The position numbers and the translations under genes were made by a program. Shown here piece after piece: positions 13,324 to 27,958 of a stretch of 64,000 nt of DNA; the first letter of the stretch is position 1, and every line of letters starts with the position of its first letter. Source of the stretch: Octopus vulgaris (Eukaryota). The notes below the pieces were generated by a model. That model searched no databases and had not been told where the DNA came from. It saw only the letters and a program-made list of their open reading frames with translations. The stretch lies in NCBI GenBank assembly GCA_951406725.2, contig OX597824.1:33666001-33730000 (forward strand). Reading direction: 5' to 3'.

Positions 13324-14219
13324 TATTGTCTCTTGACCACTGGTAGTGTTCTTTAACCGTTTCCTGTCTTGAGCCAGGTACACTAGTTCGCCCTTAGCGT
13401 ACTTCTGCTTCCTTGACATCCTACCAGTAAACACTCCATCAGGTTCTTCTCGACTGATCTCTTCGATTTCTTTTCGATTCCATGTGTGGTTACGTAACTA
13501 GTCTACTTATTGAGTGCTCAATCTTTCTCCACTTCTTTCTAGTTACTTCTTCTATTAAATATAGCAGATGGTATCCTATGTCAGAGATCCGTGTTGCTGA
13601 CCTTTCCAAGTCACGCGGAGAATTCTTCCTGAGCAGCTATTTATAAAAGTTTGCACTTCTCTCAGTGAACTCTTCGTACTGTCCCCGGATTTTATCATAT
13701 AAAGTATGACAATATTGATTTCAATTTTTGGCACAATGCCAGCAAATTTGGGAGGGGATAAGTCGATTACATCGTTCTCAGTATTTAACTGGTACTTACT
13801 TTATCAATCCCGAAAGTATGAAATGCAAAGTCGACCTCGGCGCGATTTGAACTCAGAGCGTAAAAACAGACGAAATACTGCTAAAAAAAATATTTACCGA
13901 CAAACTAACGATTCTGCCACCTCGCCAGTCTTATTAAGTATGACAATATTAATATTTGGGTTGAACAGTATGATCTCTATAGATAAGATCAGAAGTCTGG
14001 AGCTCCAGATATTCTTGACCAACAGGAACGCTGATCTAACTTCACCTGTTCTTAACATTATATGTATTTTGATTCATACTACTGTTTATTAGGACGACCA
14101 GTTGTTATATTACTACTGCTGTTATTACTACTAGTGTTTGTACAAATGGTTACCTCTTTTGTTAAAAATGACAGACGCAGTTACTTTTATATTAATTACC
14201 TCCACATGTTAACAACAAT

Positions 14220-14800
14220 TGAAGGCGGCGAGCTGGCAGAATCGTTAGCACGCCGGGCGAAATACTTAGTGGTATTTCGTCTGCCGCTACGTTCTGAGTT
14301 CAAATTCCGCCGAGGTCGACTTTGCCTTTCATCCTTTCGGGGTCTATTAAATAAGTACCAGTTACGCACTGGAGTCGATGTAATCGACTTAATCCGTTTG
14401 TTTGTCCTTATTTGTTCCCTCTGTGTTTAGCCCCTTGTGGGTAGTAAAGAAATAGGCATTTCGTCCGTCTTCATGCTCTGAGTTCAAATTCCGCCGAGGA
14501 ATTTTGTACCAAAGAATTTTGAACCGAGGAATTTTGTACCAAAATATGAAACCATTATTACCATTAATAAGGCAGCGCGCCGGCAGAATCGTTAACACGC
14601 CGGACAAAATGCTAAAATGCTTAGCAGTATTTTTTTCTGGCTCTACAACATTCTGAGTTCACATTCCGCCGAAATTGACTTTGCCATCCGTCATTTTGGA
14701 GGGCGATAAAATAAGTACCAGTTGAGCCCTGAGATCGATGTAATCGACTAACCTACTTGCACTAAAATTGCTGACCTTGTGCCAAAATTTGAAACTGTTA
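14220..14800 (+). mobile_element. Cluster of SINE family B copies
   Basis: Two heads (14221, 14569) plus an internal partial copy at 14455-14500. Confidence 0.85.
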
Positions 14801-14876
14801 TAGCTAATCAAAATAATGCCATAACATTATCTTTTTATGCTTCCCTACTCAAAGTGTGGTGTTTAAAAACTTAATA

Positions 14877-16181
14877 TGAGGGGTGTTCATTAAAGATTTC
14901 CCCTGTCCTCCTTCTCAAGGACTGGGATAAGCGAAACTTGGCTTAATTATTAGCCCTTTTCTACATAGCCACCACCAAAAGTGACACACTTCTCCCATCG
15001 CTTTGTGCAGCAGGGAAGACCTCATCTGTAGAAGTCGGTAGGTTACGTCTGGAACCAAGACTTTATACCTCGGAAATAAGTTCATCACCCGAAAAGTGCT
15101 TCCCCTTCAAAAAAGACTTCATGATTGGAAAGAGGTGGAAATTAGATGGTGCGAGGTCGGGAGAGTAAGGGAGATGAGGATTTCATAGCTGTAGGAGTAT
15201 GCTTTCATCTGGGCAACATACACATTGTGAATTGAGGCGTTGTCTTGGAGGAGGTGGACTCCTTTGGTCAACATGCCACGCCTCTCTGCTTTCATGGAGT
15301 CACGCAATTTCTGCAGCAGAGAAGCATAGTCTGAGAAGCAGAGAAGCATGCCCCGTTAACTGTGGTGCCCTTTGCCAGAAAATCCATCAGCACTACCTCA
15401 CACTGGTCCCAAACGACTGTGAGCATCACCTTGCCTGCTGACGGTAGAACATGAGCCTTCTTTGGAGGTGGTGAGTTATGATGTTTCCATTACTTCGACT
15501 GGACTTTAATCTCAGGATCATAGTAATGGACTCATATTTCATCCTGTGTGATAAGTCTGCCGAAAAGTCCACCTCGTTTTCTTGGCTCATTGCCAAAAGA
15601 GCCTGGGTACAATTGACTCGTTCCTGCTTCTGAAAAGGTGTGAGCAAACGGAGAATCCATCGTGTAGATAACTTCTACATGTGCAAATGGTCGTGAATTA
15701 TTTTTTCCACGGACCCTTCACTTATCTTTACTTCTTGGGCTAGTTGCCGAATAGTTATGCGGCGATCCTCCAAAATGACTGCTTCCACTTTATGGATGGT
15801 GTCGTCATCAATGGCAGAATGTGGTCACCCAGGAATAGGAGCAGTTTCCACCGATATCCCACCACATTTGAACTGGCGATGCCAGTGCTTGACTACGTCC
15901 TATGATGGTGCATCATCACCATAGACTTCTTTCATCTCTTCGAAAATCTCTTTTGGTGTACGACCTTTCAGGTATAAGAACCAGATCACTGATCTGCATT
16001 CAACTGCCTCCATTATAACACCTTAGTCCATTTCAGCAGCCGTAAAAGACAGACTAATACTTGTGGAAAGCTGCAATTTACAACGTGACATGTAGAGACA
16101 TGTATAATTATACTCGTACAAGTTCCGTTTCCTGCAATAACTGGAAGTGGGTCAGGGGAAATCTTTAATGAACACCGCTCG
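14877..16181 (-). mobile_element. Mariner (DD34D-type) transposon, near full length, inactivated
   Basis: TIRs TGAGGGGTGTTCATTAAAGATTTCCCCTG / CAGGGGAAATCTTTAATGAACACCGCTCG with flanking TA. Minus-strand motifs RWILRLLTP, HLLQDNA and PYSPDLAPS; ATG near 16013. Confidence 0.92.
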
Positions 16182-16548
16182 TAAATGTGCAACTGTGTGT
16201 CATACGAAAGCTGCTTCGTTTGCAGCTATAGTTAGAGATCTAACGTCTGAATGAGGGATTCTAGCTTACACGTGCTACTACTGTTGCTTACTATTTCTTT
16301 CGGTTGCCTTTTATCTTATACCTTTTACTTGTTTCAGTCATTAGACTGTGGCCATGCTGGGTCACCGCGTTGAAGAATTTTATAGTCGAATGAATCGACC
16401 TTATGTACATGTTCTATCGGTCTCTTTGGCCGAGCTGCTATGTTACAGGGACGTAAACACACCAACACTAGTCGTCAAGCGGTGTGGAGGACAAACACAG
16501 ACACACAGACATACACACGTACGTATATATATATATATATATATATAA

Positions 16549-16883
16549 AGGGTAAAGACCCCCTTCGGTCATGAATGACCATGGGATTGCACCTAGAAAG
16601 TTACCCTCCTAGACACAAGTCCGGGCAAGGTTGTTTATGGAAGGCTAGCAGTCGCCCATGCATACCAGCCTCCCCTCTCCACGCCACCAGTGTTTTCCAA
16701 GGGAAAGACAAAGGTCGATACAGCTTGGCACCTGTGACGTCGCAACTCATTTCTACAGCTGAGTGAACTGGAGCAACGTGAAATAAAGTGCCTTGCTCGA
16801 GAACACAACACGCAGCCCGGTCCGGGATTCGAGCTCACAACCTCACGATCGTAAGCTCGACGCTCTAACCACTGAGCCATGCG
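16549..16883 (-). mobile_element. tRNA-derived SINE family C inserted in the (TA)n of a family A SINE
   Basis: Head CGCATGGCTCAGTGGTTAGAGCG...GCTCGAATCCC, then TGTGTTCTCGAGCAAGGCACTTTA. Second copy at about 52210-52530(-) and a head fragment at about 55852-55980(+). Confidence 0.85.
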
Positions 16884-17904
16884 ATATATATATATACATA
16901 CATATACATATATATATATATATATATATACATATATACATCAAATACATTCACAAAGTTTTGGTCGGTGCGAGGCTATAACAGAAGACACCTCCACCAG
17001 GTGTCACACAGTGGAACTGAACCCGTAACCATGCTATTGGGAAGTAAACTTTTTTTCACACGGTCGGTCAAGTCTAATTGGTAGAAGTTTTCGATATAAG
17101 ACCTTTCCAAACTAATCATCGACTGAGAGTGAGTACATAGTATTTTATTTTAATTGTTTCATTTATTGGACAGAGGTCATGCTGGAGCAATCGCTCTGAA
17201 GGGTTTAATCGAACAAATCAACCCCAGTATAAATTTTTAATTTGATACTTATTCAATCGATTGTTTTGCCGAACCGCTAAGTTACGGCGACATAAACAAA
17301 CCAATACCGGTTGTCAAGTGGGAAGGAAATAAACACAAACATAAAGATGCGCACACACATACACATACATACACACACACACACACACACTCACACACAA
17401 ATGCATATTCGACAGGCTTCCACGCAGTTTTCGTCTACCAAGTTCACTCACAAGATACTGGTCGGCCCGATGCTACAGTAAATACCGTGCTGTGAAACCG
17501 AACCCGAAACCACGATTGCAAAGTGAGGTTCTTAAGTACACAATTCGAAATTTCTTTTCTTTATCAGAGAAGAGGAAAACCAAACAACTCGTTTCAGGTA
17601 CTAAAAACAAGTATTTTCCATCTTTTTTTTTTCTTTTTTTCATTTTATTTTTTGCCTTTTATTGTCACCTCCCACTCAAAAAGTACATGAACTTGTTCTG
17701 TATTGTGTGTGACATAAATTACAATTGGATACCTAATCTTTCTATAATTTAGAAATTGGGCGTGATTATCTGGTTTGTCAAGCCAAAGGCAATGCAAAAT
17801 ATTTCATATGAATCATAACTGGCGACATTTGAGTGGAGTTTCCACTTTTGTAGTACCATATCATTGTTGCTTTTCATTTTTTGTTGATAAACGGACGACA
17901 TAAA

Positions 17905-18030
17905 ATGAAAGAAAAAAACTGAAAAAAATGAAAGGAAAACTGAGAAAATGAAAGGAAAAACTGAGAAAATGAGGGGGAAAAACCGAGAAAATAAAAGGGA
18001 GAACCTGAGAAAATGAAGGGAAAAAACTGA
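17905..18030. repeat. About 20-bp purine-rich minisatellite (AAAAACTGAGAAAATGAAAGG)
   Basis: About 6 imperfect units, adjacent to a small LINE-like fragment (18050-18270, FQFICLRRIFDIKW). Confidence 0.75.
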
Positions 18031-18633
18031 ACTTGAAGGAATGATTTAGTAGCGAGACGGAGTGCAGAACCAGACGAGCGGTGTCATTTCGGACTCTTTG
18101 CAGCCACTTGATGTCAAATATTCTCCTTAAGCATATGAATTGAAAGCTGTCCATTGTTTTCCCTACACTTTTTGTCACTTTCCAGTTTTCACGTTTCAAT
18201 ATTGGTTGGACGAATGACTTGAACAGCTTCAACTTCGTTTTGCGGCCGAACCCTTTGCTTCCCTATTACTTACATTTTATTATTGCTGTTTTGGTTGTTG
18301 TTGTTGTTGTTGTTGTATATATTGTTGCCGGTATCACTTATTTTCATTGTCAATTATTGCAGCAATTATTTTTTATGCCTACACATGTAGGATAGATCTG
18401 GCTGTCGGCTGAGTCCCTTGTAAAGTTTTTTCTTGTCTAGTAGCTAGAGCAAAAGAGGTTCATGTTTTTTAGTGTAAACACGATTGAAAGTATTGCAGAC
18501 AAGACTCTCTCTCAACTCAACTCAAGCAAATTTGATGAAAAGCGGATGCATGACCACAAAACTCATGTGTAGAAACAAGACACTGTTTTATTCTTCTGGT
18601 TGCAGTCGAGAAAGGACCTGATCGTCTTAGTTA

Positions 18634-19048
18634 CCTTTAGTTAATCCTAGGGATAATTAATCGTGAAAAAGGAAGAAAACTTAATTTCTGAAGGACTTGA
18701 TCGACTTTACCCATTTTTTAATGATTTGTAATTAGCCCACAAAATTAGTTGCCTTTAGCTAATCCTAGAGATAATTAATCGTGAAAAAGGAAGAAAACTT
18801 AATTTCTGAAGGACTCGATCGACTTTACCCATTTTTTAATGATTTGTAATTAGCCCACAAAATGAGTTGCCTTTAGCTAATCCTAGGGATAATTAATCGT
18901 GAAAAAGGAAGAAAACTTAATTTCTGAAGGACTTGATCGACTTTACCCATTTTTTAATGATTTGTAATTAGCCCACAAAATTAGTTGCCTTTAGCTAATC
19001 CTAGAGATAATTAATTAAGAAAAAGGAAGAAAACTTGATTTCTGAAGA
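18634..19048. repeat. 118-bp tandem repeat, about 3.5 units
   Basis: Units start at 18634, 18752, 18870 and 18988 (CCTTTAG(C/T)TAATCCTAG...). Confidence 0.93.
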
Positions 19049-20126
19049 GAAAATTATGTTATCAAAACAATTTCAAAAATCATTCCAATGTGGCTACAAT
19101 GAAGACATTGAAAGTTGTTTTTGTAACTGCAGCTCTCTGCTCCCTTCTCCCTTATAGGAGGATAGAAAATACAAATGATTTGTGGAAATTATTTGGGTAT
19201 AAATGGCTAAATAATAACAAAAATGGTTAAAATTGCAACATCAGGAACGACATTTACAGAGGTCTACTAGTTCAGACTAATTTCAAACTGCCTGGTAACA
19301 CATAAAACTGATAATGACAATAATAGAAATAAAGGGTGTTAAGGTTAATCTAAGGATAATCTATTGACATATAAATTTGTTGTGGGGCGTGTAGCTACAG
19401 CAATCAGAGGAAGAAACAACATGAAATACTACATGAAAAGAAAAAACTGTTTAAATTATGAGAATATAAAACAACCATTTTAACCATAAATGCTGCCTAT
19501 TGCTTAAAGCCGTCCATCAATGTTGATGACATTGTCCTCTATGTGTCTTGTCCTGCATTTTGCGAGTTGGTAGATGTGAAAGCAGTCTGATCCTGGAATG
19601 GTATGTACCTGAATACAGATGACAAGGGAAGTTGTCCCTTATGTTGTTGGTGAGTCTGAGATAAACATACAGAAACGGTCAGGGTAGCCCTAAAAATGCA
19701 GACTACCTTGCTCTGCAGAAAGTTGGCTTCTACCGACATATGTGCGTCAGTGTTGTTGTTGCTGTTGTTGTTATTGTTGTTGGTGGTGGTGTTACTAATG
19801 ATGGTGATGGCGGCGGCGGGGGTGACGATGTCGGTGACGTTGGCGGTGGTGATAACGGTGACGGGGGTGGGTAGTGGTGGTAATGCCGAAGCCGTTGCTA
19901 AGAATGCACTCTCAAGTATTAAAGTCTGCAGAAATATCATTATTATATCTTCTTTCGAAATGGCGTAGCTCGAGTGTGTGCCACCTGAGTCAGTCCATGG
20001 ATTTGCCGCCATTACCTCGCCCCCACCACGCATACAGGCATATACAGTGTGTCCAAAAGTGCCACCTTCATAAACGTAACAGTTGGTCAAGACCGCCCCA
20101 TTTCACCCCAATGCCACCCTCACTCA

Positions 20127-20184
<58 letters not shown>

Positions 20185-20399
20185 TTAGCTAACAGACAGC
20201 CTTCAAACCTCGTGTGCATTGCTGTTTGCCTGGGTGCGGTTCTGTTCGTTTCAGATTTTCTTTGAGGAGAAAATATTGCCACGATCTCTCGACATCATTT
20301 TTGATTGATCATTAACAAATTAACATAAAGTGATCAAATATATCTTCTTTAATCCAAATAGCGGAGTGGAATTTAAAATTAAACTCTCACCTCACTTTG

Positions 20400-23211
20400 T
20401 AATATAACTACGAGACGAAATTTGCTAGAAGAGTACATGATCTTGCTAGAAGAGTAAATATTAAGACGAACAAAGCTAGGAAAATCAAGCAAAAATATAA
20501 AATTTAAGATTTTATAAACCTCCCTGGAACCAAGGAACTAATGAATCAGCGAATACATCCCAAAGCCCAACGACTTAGAAGGTATGACAAAAGGATCATA
20601 TTTTATCGACAAAACAAGGTATTCAAGAATTATGCAAAGAAATTTTATAGAAAAATTGGCAAAAGATAGATTGGCAAAAAAGAATATAGTGCTGAAGCTG
20701 ACTGGATAGAGCATGAGAAAGTGAGACTGGATGAAGTTGAAGAACAGAAATGGGTGGCAACAGAAATAGAAGAGCTAGGATGTGTTCTTAGGAGGTTTCA
20801 CAAATGGAAAACCCCAGGACTACACCGGATTCCTAATTTCTGGCCGAATTGTTTAACAGAAGTACACAAAAATTTCGTTGCATCTCTAACTGATATCATC
20901 CAGAACCCAGAGCAAATACCTGCCTTACTGACTGAAGGAACAACATACCTTCTACAAAAAAATGAAGACACAAAAAATGCAAAGAACTACCAACCAATAA
21001 CATGTCTCAACACCACCTACAAGATCCTCACATCCATACTAACTCAAAGAATATATGTTTTTCTTGAACAGAAGTCTAACCTTCCACAAGCTCAAAAAGG
21101 TTGTAAAAGGAATTCTTATGGGTGGTACAAAGATCAATTACTCGTAAATAAAATGATTGTAGAAAATTGCCGGAGCAAAAAGAAGAACCTGAGTATGACA
21201 TTGATAGACTACAGGAAAACGTTTGATAGTGCCCCACATAATTGGCTACTCAAGGTCCTTGAAATATATGAGATCTTTCTTGTCGTCTCCAAATTCTTAC
21301 AAGGAGACATGACCAAGTGGAACACACGTCTCCTTCTAAACCATAGTAATGGGATGAGCCAATCTAACAACATCAACATCAAACGAGGTATCATTCAAGA
21401 CGACTCCCTCTCCCCATTACTCTTTTGCATGGCACTGATCCAACTCTCAAACGAACTGAATATGGGTTTAAAGTATATAATATTATAGTAAACCATCTGT
21501 TTTATATGAACGACCTGAAGCTGTTTGCTAGAAATGACGAAGCGCTAGTAGGGCTGCTAACAACCGTTAAAGAATTCAGCAATGACATCGGGATGGATTT
21601 TGGCTTTGATAAGTGTGCTAGAGCAATTTTTTTAAGAGGCAAGCTCTGGCAAAAAGCTTCCATTAAATAAGATACCGACACTACTCTCAAGGAACTTGAC
21701 CCACAAGAAAGTTATAAACACCTGGGTATAAACGAAGATGGTATAGAACATGCTACTATGAATGAAAAAATAAGAAAACAATATTGCAGGAGAATAAGAC
21801 TCATATTAAAAACTTAACTGAACTCCAAAAATCGCATCGCAGCCATTAACATCCTGACACTTCCAGTAGTCCAATATAGTTTTAACATCGTTAACTGGAA
21901 TCTTACAGAGCTCCAGTGTCTGGACAGAAAAGACAAGAAAACTACAAACATCTAAGAACATGCACCACCCAAAAGCAGCCGTTGATCTCTGTACCTGCCT
22001 AGAAGTAATGGGGGAAGAAAAATGATGCAGGTAGAACTGTGCTATAAGAACTCCACAATAGCAACGAACTGATACTTGTCTAGTACAGAGGATTGGATGC
22101 TGCGGCTTGTGTGCAAACACGAAAACAGCAAAAATTTACATTTATTTGTCAAGGAAGGTTGCAAATTTGCAAGTGAATTTGGCTTTAACCCTGAATTAGA
22201 TGAAGAACCTGAAACCACTGCCACAAAACAAGCAAAACGGATCAAGCAGACTGAAAAAAAGAACGGGCAGAAACAAATTGAGGAGCAGTGGAACCAGAAG
22301 CCTCTGCATGGACAGTATATACTTCGAAGTCGAAATGTTGATGTAGACCAAGCAACAACCCATCAGTGGTTGAGAAGTTCAGAACTGAAAGCAGGGACTG
22401 AAGGTTTCATATTGGTGGCGCAAGATCAAAGCTTCCTTACCAAAAACTACCTGGCTAACGTTCTTCAAAATGGTTCTGACTCTAAATGCAGATTCTGTGA
22501 CTCATTTGATGATACAAAAGACCATCTCATTCGGGATGTCCTGTATTGTCATCAAACGAATACAAAAATCTCCACGATAGGGTAAGACAGTGTTTACATT
22601 GGAAACTCTGTAAGCAGTACAAAATCAGCACTCCTGCTTACTGGTATGAACATCATCCTGAGCCAGTCATTGAAGGTAAACATGTCACTATCCTCTAGGA
22701 TTTTCCATTCAACACTGACAGAACTATCCAGGCTAAACGAGCAGGCATAATTATTAAAGACAGGAAAGAAAATACTTGTAGACTAATAGAAGTGTTCTCA
22801 CTGATAAAAATATATCTGTAAAGGAATTTGTCAAACTGAGTAAATATAAAGGCCGGGAAATTGAAATACAAAAACAGTGGTATCTTAGAGCGAGAACTGT
22901 TCCTGTTATTGTAGACGCCTCCGGTATGATAAAAAACAGGATGTCAGAAACATCTAGATAAGATCCCAGGAGAACCATGTTTCAAAGAAATCCAAAAGAT
23001 TGTGCTGACAAGTACTACCCACATCCTTAAAAAAAACCTATCTATTTAAAGGTCTGTGTTCTTTTAGAACATGACGATATTTCGTTACTACCTCTGCCAC
23101 TTCCCTTTCCCAAGATTTCAGTCGTACTGTAACATCTCTTATCCTTCACTCATCCTAGGACGTTGGTTGTTTTTCGGCAAGGGACTGTAACAAACATGCA
23201 AATTAAAAGTA

Positions 23212-23212
<1 letters not shown>
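20400..23212 (+). mobile_element. RLE-type LINE (R4/Dong-like), RT plus CCHC plus endonuclease, many stops and frameshifts
   Basis: KWKTPGLHRI, NYQPITCLNTTYK, QKG, IDYRKTFDS, RGIIQDDSLSPLLF, HLFYMNDLKLF, CRFC..DHL and later endonuclease remnants; terminates directly in (TAA)n. Confidence 0.92.
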
Positions 23213-24024
<812 letters not shown>

Positions 24025-25019
24025 GATGATGATAATGATAATAATTATTATTTCTACAATAGGCACAAGGCCTGAAATTTGGGGGAAGGAGACTAGTCGA
24101 TTACATCAACCCTAGTGCTTGACTGGTAGTTATTTTATCGACCCGAAAGGATGAAAGACAAACTCGATTTAGGTGGATTCTAACGCAGACCGTAAGGACG
24201 GACGAAATGCCGCGAAGCATTTTACCCGGCATGCTAACGAATTTACCAAATAATAATAATCCTTTCTGCTACTATCTTTGCTTTTGTCAATACGTGAAAT
24301 TCTGTTCTTGCAACATATTCATGTTTGTGTGAGGCCTCGTAGACCATGAAGAAACCAGCATCGTTGTTGGGTTTTTTTTTTTGGGGGGGGGGTGTTCTTG
24401 CATAGACACACACCAGATGTATATGAGGAGAATTGTTAGTCGATGATATCGACCCCAGTACTTGACAGGCACACACCAGTTTATTGATCCCGGAGGGTTG
24501 AAAAACGAAAATAGTCTCCTCAGAACGCTATATATTTTAACCTTTAACTCTATAACAACAGAATAAGCCAACCTTCAGCACCAGACAATCACTCTGCTTT
24601 CTCAGGGAGTGAAAGTCAGGAAACAGAACGTGAAAAATTCCCTTTTCATCAATTGTTACGTTGAAAAAGTTGGAGTGAACGATAGCTTAATTTTTATGGG
24701 TTAGGCTAGGGATTTGTAAGTGAAACCATATTTCTTGTTAGGGAATGTATATGGGTCAAGGAAGGAATGTTACTTGAAAGAAAACGGCTGGTATTTAAGA
24801 GAAAGAAAGCTAATAGCAACTAGTAATAACTATTTAAAAGAACAGCTCATATTTCTGTTTTTTTTGCTTTCACGGCTAAAGAATGAAAATGTGCAAGTCA
24901 GTACATTTCAATGTTTTCATTAGAGTGACTCTTTCTGATAGTCGCAGTACTTCGTCAAGGGAATAAATGTTACATTAACACCGCCAGTTGGAGAACAGTC
25001 AAGGTTTAGTTATTAATAA

Positions 25020-25950
25020 AGCGGCGAAAGGCGGCGAGCTGGCAGAAACGTTAGCACGCCGGGCGAAATGCTTAGCGATATTTCGTCTGTCTTTACGTAC
25101 TGAGTTCAAATTCCGCTGGGGTCGACTTTGCCTTTCATCCTTTCGAGGTCGATAAATTAAGTACCAGTTACGCACTGGGGTCGATGTAATCGACTTAATT
25201 CCTTTGTTTGTTCCTCTCTATATTTAGCCCCTTGTGAGCAATAAAGAAATAAGTTATCTTTAAGGCAGCGAGCTGGCAGAAACGTTAGCACGCCGGGCGA
25301 AATGCTTAGCGGTATTTCGTCTGCCGCTACGTTCTGAGTTCAAATTCCGCCGAGGTCGACTTTGCCTTTCATCCTTTCGGGGTCGATTAAATAAGTACCA
25401 GTTACGCACTGGGGTCGATATAATCGACTTAATCCTTTTGTCTGTCCTTGTTTGTCCCTCTGTGTTTAGCCCCTTGTGGGTAGTAAAGAATTAGGTATTT
25501 CGTCTGCCGCTATTTTCTGAGTTCAAATTCCGCCGAGGTCGACTATGTCTTTCATCCTTTCGGGGTCAATAAATTAAGTACCAGTTGCGTACTGAACCCT
25601 TCATTTAATCGACTGAACCCTCCCCCAATAGTTCAAGCCTTGTGCCTATAATAGACAGGATTATTAAAGCGGCGAGCTGGCAGAATCGTTAGCTCGCCGG
25701 GCAAAATGCTTAGCGACATTTCGTCCGTCTTTACATTCTGAGTTCAAATGCCATCGAGGTCGACTTTAGGTCGATGTAATCGACATATCCTCTCCCAGGA
25801 AATTTCAGTCCCTGTACCTATAGTAGAAAGGATTATTAAGGCGGCGAGCTGACAGAATCGTTAGCACGCCGGGTCAAATGCTTGAACACTGGAGTCGATG
25901 TAATCGACTTACCCCGTCTCCTGGAATTGCTGGCCTTGTGCCAAAATTTG
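25020..25950 (+). mobile_element. Head-to-tail cluster of about 5 SINE family B copies
   Basis: Heads at about 25029, 25262, 25668 and 25838, plus a partial copy at 25494. Similar clusters at about 35980-36720(-), 38870-39690, 47125-47540(-) and 53135-53550(+). Confidence 0.88.
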
Positions 25951-26123
25951 AAATATTATTCACAGGCGTGCCAGTGTGGTAAGAAGTGTGCTTCCAAACC
26001 ACATGGTTCCGGGTTCAGTCCCACTACGTGGCATCTTCGTGAAATGTCTTCTACTATAGATTCGAGCCGACCAGAGACTTGTGAGTGGATTTGGTAGATG
26101 GAAACTGAACGTGGCCTATTGTG

Positions 26124-26188
<65 letters not shown>

Positions 26189-26570
26189 TTGTGTCTGTGT
26201 TTGACATCTCCCCACATACCCACACACATACAACATAGCGGTTCGGCAAAAGTGTCCGGTAGAATAGTACTGGAGTCGATTCATTAGACAAAAAATTCTT
26301 CAAAGCGGTGCACCCAGCGTGGCCGTAGTCTAATAACGGAAACAACTCTTTACTCTTTTACTTTTTTCAGTTTTGACGGCGGCCATGCTGGAGCACCACA
26401 TTTAGTCGAGCAAATCGACCCCGGGACTTATTCTTTGTAAGCATAGTACTTATTCTATCGGTCTCTTATGCCGAACCGCTAAGTTACGGGCACGTAAACA
26501 CACCAGCATCGGTTGTCAAGCGATGTTTGGGGGGACAAACACAGACACACAAACATATACATACACACAC

Positions 26571-26613
<43 letters not shown>

Positions 26614-26700
26614 TACGACAGGCTTCTTTCATTTTCCGTCTACCAAATCCACTCACAAGGCTTTGGTCAGCCCAAGGCTATAGTAGAAGTCACTTGCCCA

Positions 26701-26759
<59 letters not shown>

Positions 26760-27876
26760 CATATACATATACATACGTGTGTGTGTCTCTGTTTGTCTCC
26801 CCTACCATCGCTTGACAACATATGCAGGTGTGTTCACGTTCCCGTAACTTAGCGGTTCGGCAAAAGAGACCAATAGAATAAGTACTAGGCTTACAATGAC
26901 AATTTGAGTTTAGCACATCAATTTGTAAAAAAATTGTTGTTTTTATATGAATGGGATGCATCACATCTGAAAGCAGCTCTAGGAGTTGTGAAGAACGAAT
27001 TTGTACGTAGTCTGTTTCTGAGAGCTATTCTATTGGACCTAGATAAAATCTCATTTCGCTTCTGTCTTGAGACTCCATTTGATGGCGGTGTGCTGGCAGA
27101 ATCGTTACTGAGCCGGGTAAAATGCTTCACGACATTTCGTCCGTCTTTATGTTTTGAGTTCAAATTCCGCCGAGGCTGACTTTGCCTTTCTTCCTTTCGG
27201 GCTCGACAAAATAAGTACCAGTTGAGTACTAGGGTCAATATATTCGATTTCCCCCAACCCTGAAATTGCTGGCCTAGTGCCAAAATTTGAAACCAATATT
27301 TCCAAAGAAAGGCTGTGAATTGCATTTCACTACTGTGTAATTGCTTCGTATTTCTTTCAACGTTATTTCAGTTTCTGTCTACCAAATCCACTCACAAGGC
27401 TTTGGTCGGCCCGAGGGTATAGTAGAAGATACTTGCCCAAGGTGCCACGCAGTGGGACTGAACCTGAAACCATGTGATTGGGAAACAAGCTTCTTACAAC
27501 ACACCCATATATACGATGGGCTTTTCTGATTACCAAATCCTTTACTCACAAGGCTTTAGTCGGCCCGAGGTAGGTACAGTAGAAGACACTTACCCAAAGT
27601 GTCACGTAGTGGAACTGAACTCGGAACCACGTGTTTGGCAAGCAAACTTCTTTCCACACAGCCACACCTGCACCATATACTGATATCGATTGAATAGGCC
27701 ATAACCCTATCCTTAACCAATTTCTAGCCTATAAAATATTTTAACTGTTGAAGTTGTTGACCTGACAACAGATTACTGGGACATAAAGTGTATTCTCTCC
27801 TTGAAATAACGATTGAGAAGTATTTCACTGTGAGTAGATGCCATAACACTTAATTCTCAAGAGATCAACCGGTTTA

Positions 27877-27958
27877 TAGAAGAAGAAGAAGAAGAAGAAG
27901 AAGAAGAAGAAGAAGAAGAAGAAGAAGAAGAAGAAGAAGAAGAAGAAGAAGAAGAAGA
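27877..27958. repeat. (GAA)n microsatellite
   Basis: Directly visible. Confidence 0.97.

Noticed and set aside
12926-13434. Poly-E/S/L/R ORFs (also 183-431, 7359-7951, 10257-10492, 23139-23458, 30764-31078)
   Set aside because: These are translations of microsatellites.
16810-16883. Functional tRNA gene
   Set aside because: The tRNA-like head continues into a SINE body and lacks a proper acceptor stem; the same applies to the other SINE heads.
19539-20090. 183-aa ORF
   Set aside because: It is dominated by trinucleotide-like low-complexity sequence, with no domain or splice support.
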